This document shows positions 50,340 through 60,778 of a stretch of DNA of 64,000 bases, one piece after another (position 1 is the stretch's first letter; every line of letters begins with the position of its first letter). The stretch comes from an uncultured Clostridium sp. (lineage in GTDB: Bacteria; Bacillota; Clostridia; TANB77; CAG-508), in the NCBI GenBank assembly GCA_900551615.1, contig URWN01000005.1, forward strand, positions 1,987-65,986. Reading direction: 5' to 3'. The position numbers and the translations under genes are program-made. The notes under the pieces are model-generated. The model was not told the origin of the DNA and ran no database searches. It was given only the letters and a program-made list of their open reading frames with translations.

Positions 50340-51536
50340 ATGAAAACTAAAATTGGTGTATTTTTTGGAGGAAAAAGCGTAGAACATGAAGTGTCTATAA
50401 TAACAGCACTTCAAGCTATTGAAAATATTGATAAAAATAAATATGATATTGTTCCTATATACATATCAAAAGAAAATAAAATGTATTGTGGTAATTTTAT
50501 AGGCGATATAAATCAATATAAAAATATTGATAATTTGCTTCATATTAGTTCACAAGTCACTTTAGCCCAAAGAGGTAATAAAGTTATTTTGTTAAAATGT
50601 AATAAAAAATTCTATGAAAGTAGTGTTTATGATTATATTGATATTGCCTTCCCTATCGTTCATGGAACAAATGTTGAAGATGGAACTTTACAAGGATATT
50701 TAAAAATGTTTAATATTCCTTACGTTGGAAGTGATGTTATTTCTTCTGCTTGTGGAATGGACAAATATGTATGCAAATGTATATTAAAAGATAATGATAT
50801 TCCTATCTTAAATTGCAAATGTTTTACTTTAAAAGATTATAATGAAAGTGCAGAAAATATTATTGATTCAGTTGAAAAAGAATTTGCTTATCCTGTTATT
50901 GTAAAACCTGTTAATTTAGGTTCTAGTGTAGGAATACAAATTGCGAAAAATAAAGAAGAATTGATTGATTCTCTAGAAGATGCATTTTCATATTCAAGAA
51001 AAATACTTGTTGAAAAGGCAATTAAGAATCTAAAAGAAGTTAACTGCTCTGTAGTTGGAGATTATGAATCTGCAGAAGCTTCAGAATGTGAAGAACCTAT
51101 AAAAACTGATGAAATTTTAAGTTTTAATGATAAATATATATCTGGAAATAAAAAATTAGGTGGAACAAAATCAATGAATGCTGGAGTATTAAAACTACCT
51201 GCTGATATCAGCCCAGATGTAAAGCAAACGATTCAAAAACTTAGTATTAAAACTTTCAAAGTTTTAGGTTGTTCAGGTGTTATTCGTATAGATTTTATGA
51301 TAGATAAAGATACTAACGCAATATATGTTAATGAAGTAAATACAATACCTGGCTCCCTATCATTTCATTTATGGAAAGCTGCTAATTTAAATTATACAGA
51401 TTTACTTGATAAACTTATTGATTTAAGTTTAAAGAGAAATCGTGAAGAAAAGAATTTAACTTTTTCTTTCGACAGCAATATTTTATCAGGAGTTTCACTA
51501 AATGGATTAAAGGGTACAAAAGGTATGAAAATCTAA
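50340..51536 (+). CDS. ddl: D-alanine--D-alanine ligase family ATP-grasp enzyme, with an omega-loop insertion and about 50-aa C-terminal extension
   Basis: GGKSVEHEVSI, FPIVHGTNVEDGTLQG, SSACGMDKYVCK, PVIVKPVNLGSSVGI, DFMIDKD...YVNEVNTIPG. DKYIS retains the Tyr of D-Ala-D-Ala-type ligases. Start reassigned to the ATG at 50340, which follows an AAAGGA RBS. Confidence 0.85.
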   Translation: MKTKIGVFFGGKSVEHEVSIITALQAIENIDKNKYDIVPIYISKENKMYCGNFIGDINQYKNIDNLLHISSQVTLAQRGNKVILLKCNKKFYESSVYDYIDIAFPIVHGTNVEDGTLQGYLKMFNIPYVGSDVISSACGMDKYVCKCILKDNDIPILNCKCFTLKDYNESAENIIDSVEKEFAYPVIVKPVNLGSSVGIQIAKNKEELIDSLEDAFSYSRKILVEKAIKNLKEVNCSVVGDYESAEASECEEPIKTDEILSFNDKYISGNKKLGGTKSMNAGVLKLPADISPDVKQTIQKLSIKTFKVLGCSGVIRIDFMIDKDTNAIYVNEVNTIPGSLSFHLWKAANLNYTDLLDKLIDLSLKRNREEKNLTFSFDSNILSGVSLNGLKGTKGMKI

Positions 51537-51576
51537 AAAGGGATTATGGGGCCACCACCCCAAATCCCTTTTTTGT
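51537..51576. terminator. bidirectional terminator between convergent ddl and the CmpB-like gene
   Basis: AAAAGGGATT-atggggccaccacccca-AATCCCTTTTTTG: a GC-rich stem flanked by A-run and T-run. Confidence 0.6.
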
Positions 51577-52136
51577 TAATATAAAGCAATTGAATATCTC
51601 GTTATAGACATCACAAAATCAATCAAAATAATTACTAAAAAGACATTCAATAAAATAACTTGAACCTTATGTGGAATTTTAATTGTAAGCTTTTCTAACT
51701 GTTTTTTCAAAAAAGGATGAATTTTTTCTACAAAAATAGTTCCAATTATTCCCCATGCAATTGAATATGCAAGGCTTATTCTTCCTTGAAAATTAAATGG
51801 TTCACCTGTATAATCCCACCATCTTAAGCCAAATAAGCTCTCAAGTACAACAGATACTACGTATTCAAATATTGTAAATGCTATCATTGAAATAAAAAAT
51901 TTACCTGCAGTATTTGTTTTTATTTTTTTCAAGCTTTCTATTAAAATTATTGCTCCAAATCCATATATTGGACACACAGGTCCATATAAGAATCCTCTTT
52001 TATTAAATACTCCTAATGTTAACACACAAAAGATAGTTTCTAATATCCATCCCAAAAATGAATATGTAAAAAAATATAATAATAATTTTTGTTTTTCTGT
52101 TAATTGATTTGTTTCAATTAATTTTTCTTTTTCCAT
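51576..52136 (-). CDS. CmpB-like membrane protein (DUF1113 / putative ABC-transporter type IV family)
   Basis: 5-6 TM helices. LYGPVCPIYG motif. Start probably MEKEK (AAGGGG RBS) rather than 52181, which lies inside the ileS terminator hairpin. Confidence 0.5.
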   Translation of the reverse strand: MEKEKLIETNQLTEKQKLLLYFFTYSFLGWILETIFCVLTLGVFNKRGFLYGPVCPIYGFGAIILIESLKKIKTNTAGKFFISMIAFTIFEYVVSVVLESLFGLRWWDYTGEPFNFQGRISLAYSIAWGIIGTIFVEKIHPFLKKQLEKLTIKIPHKVQVILLNVFLVIILIDFVMSITRYSIALY

Positions 52137-52157
52137 ATATATCCCCTTAAAATTTTG

Positions 52158-52187
52158 CAGAATCTGGGGCGATGACCCCAAATTCCG
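52158..52187 (-). terminator. hairpin terminator downstream of ileS
   Basis: On the minus strand GAATTTGGGG-tcatcg-CCCCAGATTC (9 of 10 bp paired) is followed by an A/U-rich tract. Confidence 0.45.
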
Positions 52188-52190
52188 ATT

Positions 52191-55100
52191 TTATTTTACA
52201 ACTTCAACATCTAATTTCAAGTTTTCACCATTGATATTAGTTTCTGTATAATCAGCTCTTTCAGCATCATAAACAATCTCTAATGCCAAAGTATCATGTT
52301 TAATCAATTCTGCATTTTGTTTAATAACATTCTCAAGCATTTCATTTCCAGATACATAAAGATTTATTTTATCTAAAACTTCAAATCCTTTGTCTTTTCT
52401 CATATTTTGAACTTTTGATAATACCTCTCTTACATATCCTTCTTCTTTTAGCTCTTGTGTGATATGTGTATCTAATACAACACCTATTTCACCTTCACCT
52501 GCAAATGCAAATCCTTCTTTACCATTCATTGTAATTAGTAAGTTTTCTGAATTTAAAGCTATTTGTGTATCATCTATCTCGATGTATTCTACTCCACCGT
52601 TTTTTACTGTGTTGGCTAAATCCATTTGATTTTTCTTTGCTATTTCTTGTTTTATTCTAGGTATTAATCTTCCATATTCTTTTCCTAAAACTGGTAGATT
52701 TGGCTTGATTTCAAAGTTTACGTAGTCTGACATTTCTGCTCCTAGTTCAACTTTTTTAACATTTAATTCTTCTTTTACTATATCAGAATAGTATTCAGGT
52801 AATGTGTTTACAGATATTAGCATTTCTGATAGTGGTTGTCTATTTTTGATATTTACAGAATTTCTTGCACTTCTTCCTAGTTTTACTATTGTGTATGCTA
52901 AATCCATTTCTTGTTCTAGTTTTTTATCAACTGCTGTTTCGTCATATTCAGGCCATAAGCATAAGTGAATGCTTTCTGGTGCTTTTTCATCTAATCCTAC
53001 AACTAAGTTTTGATAAATTTCGTCTGTCATAAATGGTACAAATGGTGCTGCTACTTTGCATAGTGTTACTAGAACTTTATATAGTGTTACATATGCTCCG
53101 ATTTTGTCTTCTGTTAATTCTTGACTCCAGAATCTTTCTCTATTTCTACGTACATACCAGTTTGAAAGTTCGTCTGTAAAGCTTTCAATTTGAAGTGCTG
53201 CACTTGTTATGTCATATTTATCTAGTTTTTCGTCTACTTCTTTTACTAATGTATTTAATTTTGAAATTATCCATTTATCCATTATATTTGTAATTTTGAA
53301 ATCACTATATTTTAATGGATTAAATTGGTCTATTTCTGCATATAAAACATAGAATGAATATACATTCCACAATGTGCTTAAAAATCCTCTTTGTGTTTCT
53401 TGAACATTGTTTAAGCTAAGTCTTGTTGGTAACCATGGTGCTGATACTGTATAGAAATGCCATCTTGTTGCATCTGCTCCAACTGCATCTAATAATACCA
53501 TTGGATCTACACCATTTTTCTTTGATTTTGACATTTTTTGTCCGTGTTCATCTAGAACATGTCCTAAAACTATACAGTTTTCAAATGGTGTTCTTCCAAA
53601 CAATGCTGTTCCTAAAGCTGTTAATGTATAGAACCATCCTCTAGTTTGGTCAATAGCTTCTGAAATAAATCCTGCTGGGAAGTTATTATCAAACATTTCT
53701 TTATTTTCAAATGGATAGTGCCATTGTGCAAAAGGCATTGAACCTGAGTCAAACCAACAGTCTATAACTTCTTTTGCTCTTTTCATTTCTTTACCACATT
53801 TTGGACATTTTAAATGTACATTATCAATATATGGTTTGTGTAATTCTATATCTTCTGGGCAATCTATTGCTTTTTCTTTTAATTCTGCAATACTTCCAAT
53901 ACATTCTTGATGTCCACAGTTTTCGTCTTCACAAGTCCAAATTGGAAGTGGTGTTCCCCAATATCTGTCTCTTGAAATTCCCCAGTCAATTACATTTTCT
54001 AGAAATTTTCCAAATCTTCCTGTCCTAATTGTGTCTGGATACCAGTTTACTTTGTTGTTGTTTGCAACTAATTCGTCTCTTAATTTACTCATTGCAACAA
54101 ACCAACTTTCTTTTGGATAGTATAGTAATGGTGTGTCACATCTCCAACAATGTGGATATGAGTGCATATGTTTTTCTTTGCTGAATAATTTGTTCTCGTC
54201 TGCTAACCATTTACAAATATCTTCGTTACAATCTCTAACAAATCTACCTGCCCATGGTTCTACTTCTGGTACAAATCTTCCTGTTTTATCTACTAAATTT
54301 ACAAATGTAATTCCGTTTTGTTTTGCAACTAAACTATCATCCTCACCATATGCTGGTGCAATGTGAACGATTCCAGTACCATCTGTTAGTGTTACATAAT
54401 CACCATGAATTACTTCAAAGGCTTTTCCATCAACTTTAGCAAATGGCATTAATTGTTCATATTTTACTCCTAATAATTCCTCACCTTTGAATTCTTTTAC
54501 TATTTCATATGGAGTTTCTTTTAAAACTGATTCAATTAAATCTTTTGCTAAAATGTAGTTTTCATATACTGGTTCTTCATCTGTTCCAATATTTGCTTTT
54601 ATTTCTGCATATGTATATGATTTATTTACACATAATGCTAGGTTTGATGGTAATGTCCAAGGAGTTGTTGTCCAAGCAAGAATATATGTGTTTGGCTCAA
54701 TTGCTTCATTTTCTATATTTTGACCATCTAGAACTTTGAATTTAGCAACACATGTTAAATCTTTAACATCTTTATAACCTTGTGCAACTTCATGTGAAGA
54801 TAACGCTGTTCCACATCTTGGGCAATATGGCATAACTTTGTGTCCTTCATATAAAAGACCTTTTTTCCATAATTGGCTTAAAGCCCACCAAACTGATTCA
54901 ATGTAGTCATTATGGTATGTTACATATGGATGTTCCATATCTACCCAATATCCAACTTTGTTTGTCATTTCTTCCCACATATGAACATATGTGAAAACAC
55001 TTTCTTTACATTCTTTAACGAATTTTTCTACACCATATTCTTCAATTTGTTGTTTTCCAGAAATTCCAAGTTTTTTCTCTATTTCAAGTTCAACTGGTAA

Positions 55101-55367
55101 TCCATGTGTATCCCATCCAGCTTTTCTTATAACTTGATATCCTTTCATAACTTTGTATCTTGGAATTATATCTTTCATAACTCTTGTTTCGATATGTCCA
55201 ACATGTGGTTTTCCATTTGCTGTTGGTGGTCCATCATAAAATGTGAAATATCTTTTTCCTTTATTCATATCAAAATTTTTCTTGATTATGTCTTTTTTCT
55301 TCCAGTTTTCTGCGACTTCTCTTTCCATTCCTACAAAGCCGTCTTTTAACTCTACTTTTTTATACAT
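52191..55367 (-). CDS. ileS: isoleucine--tRNA ligase, type 2 (eukaryote-like)
   Basis: [25 protein letters not shown] region, KMSKS ([11 protein letters not shown]), and a zinc-binding Cys cluster. The 1058-aa type-2 architecture fits. Start [10 protein letters not shown] with AGGAGG RBS 8 nt upstream. Confidence 0.95.
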   Translation of the reverse strand: MYKKVELKDGFVGMEREVAENWKKKDIIKKNFDMNKGKRYFTFYDGPPTANGKPHVGHIETRVMKDIIPRYKVMKGYQVIRKAGWDTHGLPVELEIEKKLGISGKQQIEEYGVEKFVKECKESVFTYVHMWEEMTNKVGYWVDMEHPYVTYHNDYIESVWWALSQLWKKGLLYEGHKVMPYCPRCGTALSSHEVAQGYKDVKDLTCVAKFKVLDGQNIENEAIEPNTYILAWTTTPWTLPSNLALCVNKSYTYAEIKANIGTDEEPVYENYILAKDLIESVLKETPYEIVKEFKGEELLGVKYEQLMPFAKVDGKAFEVIHGDYVTLTDGTGIVHIAPAYGEDDSLVAKQNGITFVNLVDKTGRFVPEVEPWAGRFVRDCNEDICKWLADENKLFSKEKHMHSYPHCWRCDTPLLYYPKESWFVAMSKLRDELVANNNKVNWYPDTIRTGRFGKFLENVIDWGISRDRYWGTPLPIWTCEDENCGHQECIGSIAELKEKAIDCPEDIELHKPYIDNVHLKCPKCGKEMKRAKEVIDCWFDSGSMPFAQWHYPFENKEMFDNNFPAGFISEAIDQTRGWFYTLTALGTALFGRTPFENCIVLGHVLDEHGQKMSKSKKNGVDPMVLLDAVGADATRWHFYTVSAPWLPTRLSLNNVQETQRGFLSTLWNVYSFYVLYAEIDQFNPLKYSDFKITNIMDKWIISKLNTLVKEVDEKLDKYDITSAALQIESFTDELSNWYVRRNRERFWSQELTEDKIGAYVTLYKVLVTLCKVAAPFVPFMTDEIYQNLVVGLDEKAPESIHLCLWPEYDETAVDKKLEQEMDLAYTIVKLGRSARNSVNIKNRQPLSEMLISVNTLPEYYSDIVKEELNVKKVELGAEMSDYVNFEIKPNLPVLGKEYGRLIPRIKQEIAKKNQMDLANTVKNGGVEYIEIDDTQIALNSENLLITMNGKEGFAFAGEGEIGVVLDTHITQELKEEGYVREVLSKVQNMRKDKGFEVLDKINLYVSGNEMLENVIKQNAELIKHDTLALEIVYDAERADYTETNINGENLKLDVEVVK

Positions 55368-55392
55368 AAAAAATTCCTCCTTTTTTTGCTTT

Positions 55393-55668
55393 TTATTTTT
55401 TAAAATTTTTTGCAACACTTTCTATATTTTGTAATTCAAATCTGTATTTTTGTTTTACATCAGGATACTTTTCGTGGTCTACTTCTGATAAAAACATTTC
55501 TTTTGGTCTTACCCATAATCCGCAATCTTCGTATAATCTTCTATATAATACCATTTCTTCTTTTGTTTCAGAATCTTTTGCTATATCTTCTACTAAATAA
55601 TAGTCACCTTTAAAATGTTTATAAACACCATGTATTTTTAGTTCTTGCATCTTATTCTCTCCTTTCAT
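55393..55668 (-). CDS. DUF1653 family small protein
   Basis: 91 aa. The [10 protein letters not shown] motif is typical of DUF1653. Sits between the T-box leader and ileS. Confidence 0.55.
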   Translation of the reverse strand: MKGENKMQELKIHGVYKHFKGDYYLVEDIAKDSETKEEMVLYRRLYEDCGLWVRPKEMFLSEVDHEKYPDVKQKYRFELQNIESVAKNFKK

Positions 55669-55699
55669 TTTTTCGACTTTTTTGACACAAATTGCAAGA

Positions 55700-55990
55700 C
55701 AAATTTGGACCGTCCCAATGTTTCAAAAAAATAAAGCTACTTCTGTCCTAATATTTAGGACGAAATAGCTTCTATTCCGCGGTACCACCTATTTTAATAA
55801 TGTTCCACTATAATTTATTTTAAGTTTTATATAATCACTTATACATTTTACATTATTCTCTTATTAATCTTTAACGCAGATTTACGTTTAAACTTACTTT
55901 GCATTATTAAAATATATATTAAATACTTTAATTTTACAGTTCTGCTCAAAAACAGTTAGGCGATAACAAATTATTTTTACTTACCAATTT
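55700..55990 (-). ncRNA. T-box riboswitch leader controlling the DUF1653-ileS operon
   Basis: Minus-strand AATAGGTGGTACCGCGGAA (forward 55776-55789 CCGCGGTACCACCT) matches the conserved T-box sequence. It is followed by a terminator stem (55727-55770) and a U-run (55724-55736). The specifier loop was not resolved by eye. Confidence 0.7.
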
Positions 55991-56260
55991 TCACCATCCA
56001 TTGGCTCTCTAAAAGATATTATATAATTTGTGTTGTCCTTACTTTTGTTTTTATTATATTCTTAAATTAGATTAAATCTACTACCTAATTTTCAAATATT
56101 ATATCACATTTTTTTAAAATTTCAATACTTTTAAAATATTTTTTATAAATACTATATATTAATAATTTAATAATATATTGCAAATAATAAATATAAACCA
56201 AATTAGAAATTATCATCTTTATACATTTTTATTTTTATAAAAAGGAGTTTTATTATAATA

Positions 56261-56923
56261 ATGAATCAAATTTTACAAACGTATCTAAAAAATGAGTCAT
56301 ACAAATCTAAAATTAAAAAAAATTTTAAAATACAATTATATTTCTCAATTTTGCTAATTGTTTTTATTTTTGGAACTTTTATATATAAATCAATAAAAAT
56401 ATCTAAACAAGAAAAATATTCAGAGCAAATCCTTGAAAATTATAATATTATAAGAATTTACTCAAACTTATCTTCTATTAATACTGAACCTGATTCTTTA
56501 ATTACTAAAAATAATATAACATCAGATAAGCAAAACATTTTAGGAACAATAAGTATTCCAAAGTTAAATATTCAATATCCTGTTTTTTCTAATTTTGATA
56601 ATGAATTTTTAAAAATCTCACCTTGTAGATTTTTTGGACCAAATTTTGGTGAAAATGGTAATATCTGTATTGCAGGTCATAACTATGATAATAATAAGTT
56701 CTTTAGTAATATCGCTTCTCTAAATGTTAATAATAAAATTCTTCTTACCAACAATTTAAATAAAATATTTTGTTACTATGTAAAAAAAATATATGAAGTC
56801 AAACCTGATGATTTATCTCCTATATATTCATATGATAATAGTAAGAAGCAATTAACACTTGTTACTTGTAATAATAGAAATAATAACAGAATTATAGTAA
56901 TTTCCTACAATATAAAAAAATGA
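56261..56923 (+). CDS. sortase family transpeptidase (class B/D-like)
   Basis: N-terminal TM anchor, catalytic His in ICIAGHNYDNN, catalytic Cys in QLTLVTCNN (TLxTC motif), and a conserved Arg downstream. Confidence 0.7.
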   Translation: MNQILQTYLKNESYKSKIKKNFKIQLYFSILLIVFIFGTFIYKSIKISKQEKYSEQILENYNIIRIYSNLSSINTEPDSLITKNNITSDKQNILGTISIPKLNIQYPVFSNFDNEFLKISPCRFFGPNFGENGNICIAGHNYDNNKFFSNIASLNVNNKILLTNNLNKIFCYYVKKIYEVKPDDLSPIYSYDNSKKQLTLVTCNNRNNNRIIVISYNIKK

Positions 56924-56976
56924 AACACCTTATATATAAAGTATTTCACTATAATCACTATATATTTTTAATGTTA

Positions 56977-57360
56977 TTAAACTTGTTTAAATAACCAGTC
57001 AATTCCTTTACTATTAATTGTCTTTTTATTTTGTGCTTTTGCTTCAACATCATCAGCCCATAGATATGCTAAAAATGTTACTAGTAAAAATGCAAAATCA
57101 ACAGCCATATTAATTGTTAATGTTGAATATAAATATGAATATTCTGCTTTTAATGTTAACATTTGAACTGTATGTATTATTAAATCTAATACAAATGCAA
57201 ACAACGGAATTGCTGCAACTAAGCTCTTTTTTAATTCTTGTGATAAGTATATAAGTAATACTGTAGCTATTGTTACTAATAATAATGTAAATATATTTGT
57301 TAAATCAAAAATAAACATTTTTTTCCCTCTTTCTCTTTTGTTATGAATAAATATTATCAT
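56977..57360 (-). CDS. small membrane protein (3-4 TM helices), hypothetical
   Basis: 127-aa hydrophobic ORF with an RBS. Confidence 0.4.
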   Translation of the reverse strand: MIIFIHNKRERGKKMFIFDLTNIFTLLLVTIATVLLIYLSQELKKSLVAAIPLFAFVLDLIIHTVQMLTLKAEYSYLYSTLTINMAVDFAFLLVTFLAYLWADDVEAKAQNKKTINSKGIDWLFKQV

Positions 57361-57475
57361 TTTTTATTATTTATTTCAATATATTTTTAAAAAATATATT
57401 ATTACTTTTTAATTACAATTTTATTACATGTATATTACATTTTTTATTTATCTCAATAAACTCTATATAATAAAT

Positions 57476-58840
57476 TTATTTTAATTTTTCTTCTATCAAT
57501 TTAGCTATTTCTTTTGCTTTTTGAGTTATATATTTTTGGTCTTCTCCTTCTATCATGACTCTTACTAGTGGTTCTGTTCCTGATGGTCTAATTAAAACTC
57601 TTCCATTTCCAGCAAATTCTTTTTCTAATTTTTCTATTGCATCTTTTATTTCACTATCTTTATCATAATCATATTTTTTTTCTGAATTTACTTTAGCATT
57701 TATTAATACTTGTGGATATAACTTAATTATTTCAGCCATTTTTGAGGCTTTTTCATTTTCTTCTAATATCGCTTGAATTAGCATTAATGATGTTAAAATA
57801 CCATCCCCAGTTGGATTGTAATCTAATAATATTACATGACCTGATTGTTCTCCACCTAAATTGTATCCATCTTTTAGCATTTCTTCTAATACATATCTAT
57901 CTCCAACTTTTGTTTGAATTAGCTCTAACCCATTGTCTCTTGTATATTTATGCAAACCTAAGTTACTCATTACTGTCGCAACTACTGTATCTTTTGCAAG
58001 TTTTCCTTTTTTCTTTAAATAATTTGATACAATAGCCATTATCATATCACCATCTATTTCATTTCCATTTTCATCAACAGCCAAGCATCTGTCTCCGTCA
58101 CCATCATATGCAACTCCAAGACTTAATTTGTTTTCTACTACAAATTTTTTCAAAGATTCTAAATGTGTTGAACCACAATTATCATTTATATTTATTCCAT
58201 CTGGATTGTTATGTATTATTTTATATTTTATTCCTAATGCTTTAAAAACCTTTTCTGCAACAACTGATGTAGCTCCATTTGCTGTATCTATACCAACTAC
58301 AAAATCTTCCCTGTTTAATTTTTCAAAATTATCATCAAAATTTTTCCTAAAGAAATATACATATTCATCTAATAAATCTTGTCTATATTCAGACACACCT
58401 ATTTTGCTACTTACTGCTGTTAATTCATCAATTTTACCAGAATCCATTACTTCTTCAATTTCTTCTTCTAAACTATCTGGTATTTTCATACCTTTATTGC
58501 TAAAATATTTTATTCCATTAAATTCAAATGTATTGTGTGATGCAGATATAACAACACTTGCATCTGCTTGTAATTTTCTTGTTAAATAAGCTACAGCTGG
58601 TGTTGGTATAACTCCTAATAATTTAACATTTGCACCATAACTTAAAAATCCTGCAACCATGGCGCTTTCTATTAAAGTACCTGATATTCTTGTATCTCTT
58701 CCTATTAAAATTGTTGGTGTATGGTCTGTATGTTTTGATAAAACATATGCTCCAGCTTTTGCAACTTTATACACTAATTCAGGTGTAAGTTCTGTGTTTG
58801 CAATTCTTCTTATCCCATCTGTTCCAAAATATTTTCTCAT
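57476..58840 (-). CDS. glmM: phosphoglucosamine mutase
   Basis: FGTDGIRR N-terminus, phosphoserine motif SASHNTFEFNGIKYF, metal-binding DGDGDR, and a C-terminal sugar-binding loop. Confidence 0.9.
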   Translation of the reverse strand: MRKYFGTDGIRRIANTELTPELVYKVAKAGAYVLSKHTDHTPTILIGRDTRISGTLIESAMVAGFLSYGANVKLLGVIPTPAVAYLTRKLQADASVVISASHNTFEFNGIKYFSNKGMKIPDSLEEEIEEVMDSGKIDELTAVSSKIGVSEYRQDLLDEYVYFFRKNFDDNFEKLNREDFVVGIDTANGATSVVAEKVFKALGIKYKIIHNNPDGININDNCGSTHLESLKKFVVENKLSLGVAYDGDGDRCLAVDENGNEIDGDMIMAIVSNYLKKKGKLAKDTVVATVMSNLGLHKYTRDNGLELIQTKVGDRYVLEEMLKDGYNLGGEQSGHVILLDYNPTGDGILTSLMLIQAILEENEKASKMAEIIKLYPQVLINAKVNSEKKYDYDKDSEIKDAIEKLEKEFAGNGRVLIRPSGTEPLVRVMIEGEDQKYITQKAKEIAKLIEEKLK

Positions 58841-58946
58841 AAAATATACTTCCTTTCAAAATTCTGTTATTAACATCACCCTTATTTATAAAGATTCTAT
58901 TTTAAATTTTTGGGATTAAGGCAACATATCCCTCAATTCCAATTTT

Positions 58947-59732
58947 TTAGTTCCTTTTTAAATACATCATTATTTTTTCTTTAAATGTTAATGTTACTTC
59001 TTCTGGTTCTTCTATATCTATTCTTTTATTTTCTAATGCTAACCTAGGATTTATTGTTGTTAATTCTTCTAATTTTTGTTCTCCTACTATATTTTCTATT
59101 TCTTGTAATGCTTGTGGTATTTTTTTGTATATAGTATTTTGTCTATGTACATCACTTCCAAGAAAATGAACCATGTTTGCCTCTAAGAATTTTTTAACTG
59201 TCATTTTAGCTTTTTCGCCATATTGTCCTAAAATACTACCATAATTTGATTGCATTAATACTCCTTTTTGTATTAAATCATAAACAAGTTCTGGTTCTTT
59301 TTGTACAAAACTATACCTTTCAGGATGAGCTAATACTGGTATAAGTTTATTCTCTTCTAATGAATATATTACATCATATAAATTCATTGGTTCTGCATTC
59401 ATTGGCATTTCAAATAAAACATAACTACTATTATTAATTGTAGAAGCCTTTCCATCTATTAGTAGGTTCATCATATTATCTGATATATATATTTCATTTC
59501 CTAAATATAAATTTGTTTTTATTCCTTTTGTTTTTAAATTATCACTTATTGCTTTTACCCATATATCTCTTTCTGGTGCATCTGTTTCATAATACCCTTC
59601 TATATAATGTGATGTTAATACAATTCCTTCAAAGCCTACTTCTTGTGCTTCTTTTAATAAGTTAAATGTTTCTTCTACGCTTCTAGAACCGTCATCTATG
59701 TTTGGTATTATGTGTGAATGAAAGTCTATCAT
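58947..59732 (-). CDS. PHP-domain protein-tyrosine phosphatase (CpsB/YwqE family)
   Basis: MIDFHSHIIPNIDDGS N-terminal motif with distal His/Asp ligands (LAHPERY, GSDVH). Confidence 0.85.
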   Translation of the reverse strand: MIDFHSHIIPNIDDGSRSVEETFNLLKEAQEVGFEGIVLTSHYIEGYYETDAPERDIWVKAISDNLKTKGIKTNLYLGNEIYISDNMMNLLIDGKASTINNSSYVLFEMPMNAEPMNLYDVIYSLEENKLIPVLAHPERYSFVQKEPELVYDLIQKGVLMQSNYGSILGQYGEKAKMTVKKFLEANMVHFLGSDVHRQNTIYKKIPQALQEIENIVGEQKLEELTTINPRLALENKRIDIEEPEEVTLTFKEKIMMYLKRN

Positions 59733-59749
59733 TGTTGTTCTCCTCTTTA

Positions 59750-60778
59750 CTATTTTTCTTTGTTGTTTGTTGTATCTTTATTTTTTTCTTTTTCTAAATA
59801 AGTATTTATTTGATTTAAAATATCGTTTGTTCTATCCTGCATTTTTTTTTCTTTTTCTATGTCTTCTTCACTCTCTACTTTTTTATCTAATTTTTCTTCA
59901 TATTTACTATCTTCTCTGTTATTACTCTTATGTGAATCTTTTTTCATAATCCTTTCGAAGTTTTCTGATTGTTTCTTTATTTCATCTGTTAAATCATCCA
60001 AATTATTTTTTTTGTCTTCATTTACTATTTCTTTTGTTTCTTTTTCTCTCTTTTTAAATTCTGGATCTATTGTACTAGCTGTTGTTGAAGCATAATAATA
60101 ATTTTCATTATATTTTTTTATTGAAACAGGCATTTTATTAATAACTACACCTGCTAAATTTCCACCTACATTTTTAATATTTCTAACTATTTTCTCTAAA
60201 TTGTCTTTTTTAGTTTCTTTATGTGCTGTTACAATAACTGTAGAATCTACTATTCTTGATAATATAACTGAGTCTGTTACTAATTCACATGGTGTTCCAT
60301 CTATTACTACAATATCACATACACTCTTTAAGTTCTTTAATAATTTGTTCATTTGATCAGATACTAATAATTCTGAAGGATTTGGTGGTATATTACCTGC
60401 TGTCATAATTAATAAATTATTAACCTCTGTTCTTTGTAAATATTTTGATATATCTGGCTCTTCTCCTTCTTCTAAATCCATACCAGATAAATAATTTGAA
60501 AGTCCTGGACGTGGTAAAGCATCAAAAATTTTATATTGTCTACCTTTTCTCATATCTGCGTCTATTAAAATAACCTTATTTCCAGCTTGTGCAAAAGTCA
60601 CAGCCAAATTAGATGCAACCCAGCTTTTTCCTTCTCCTGGAAAAGTTGATGTTATTAATAATGTTTTTAATTTTTTATTTGCATTCATAAATTGAATGTT
60701 TGTTCTTAATGTTCTAAATACTTCTGAAACAGGTGATTTTGGATCTTTTTGAACTATTAATTCTTTGTTTGACTTCAT
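59750..60778 (-). CDS. BY-kinase cytoplasmic ATPase (CpsD/CapB/YwqD-like) with a long K/E-rich tail
   Basis: Walker A TSTFPGEGKSWVASNLA, Walker A' ILIDADMRKG, Walker B VVIDGTP. ATGA overlap with the upstream cpsC-like gene. Confidence 0.85.
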   Translation of the reverse strand: MKSNKELIVQKDPKSPVSEVFRTLRTNIQFMNANKKLKTLLITSTFPGEGKSWVASNLAVTFAQAGNKVILIDADMRKGRQYKIFDALPRPGLSNYLSGMDLEEGEEPDISKYLQRTEVNNLLIMTAGNIPPNPSELLVSDQMNKLLKNLKSVCDIVVIDGTPCELVTDSVILSRIVDSTVIVTAHKETKKDNLEKIVRNIKNVGGNLAGVVINKMPVSIKKYNENYYYASTTASTIDPEFKKREKETKEIVNEDKKNNLDDLTDEIKKQSENFERIMKKDSHKSNNREDSKYEEKLDKKVESEEDIEKEKKMQDRTNDILNQINTYLEKEKNKDTTNNKEK

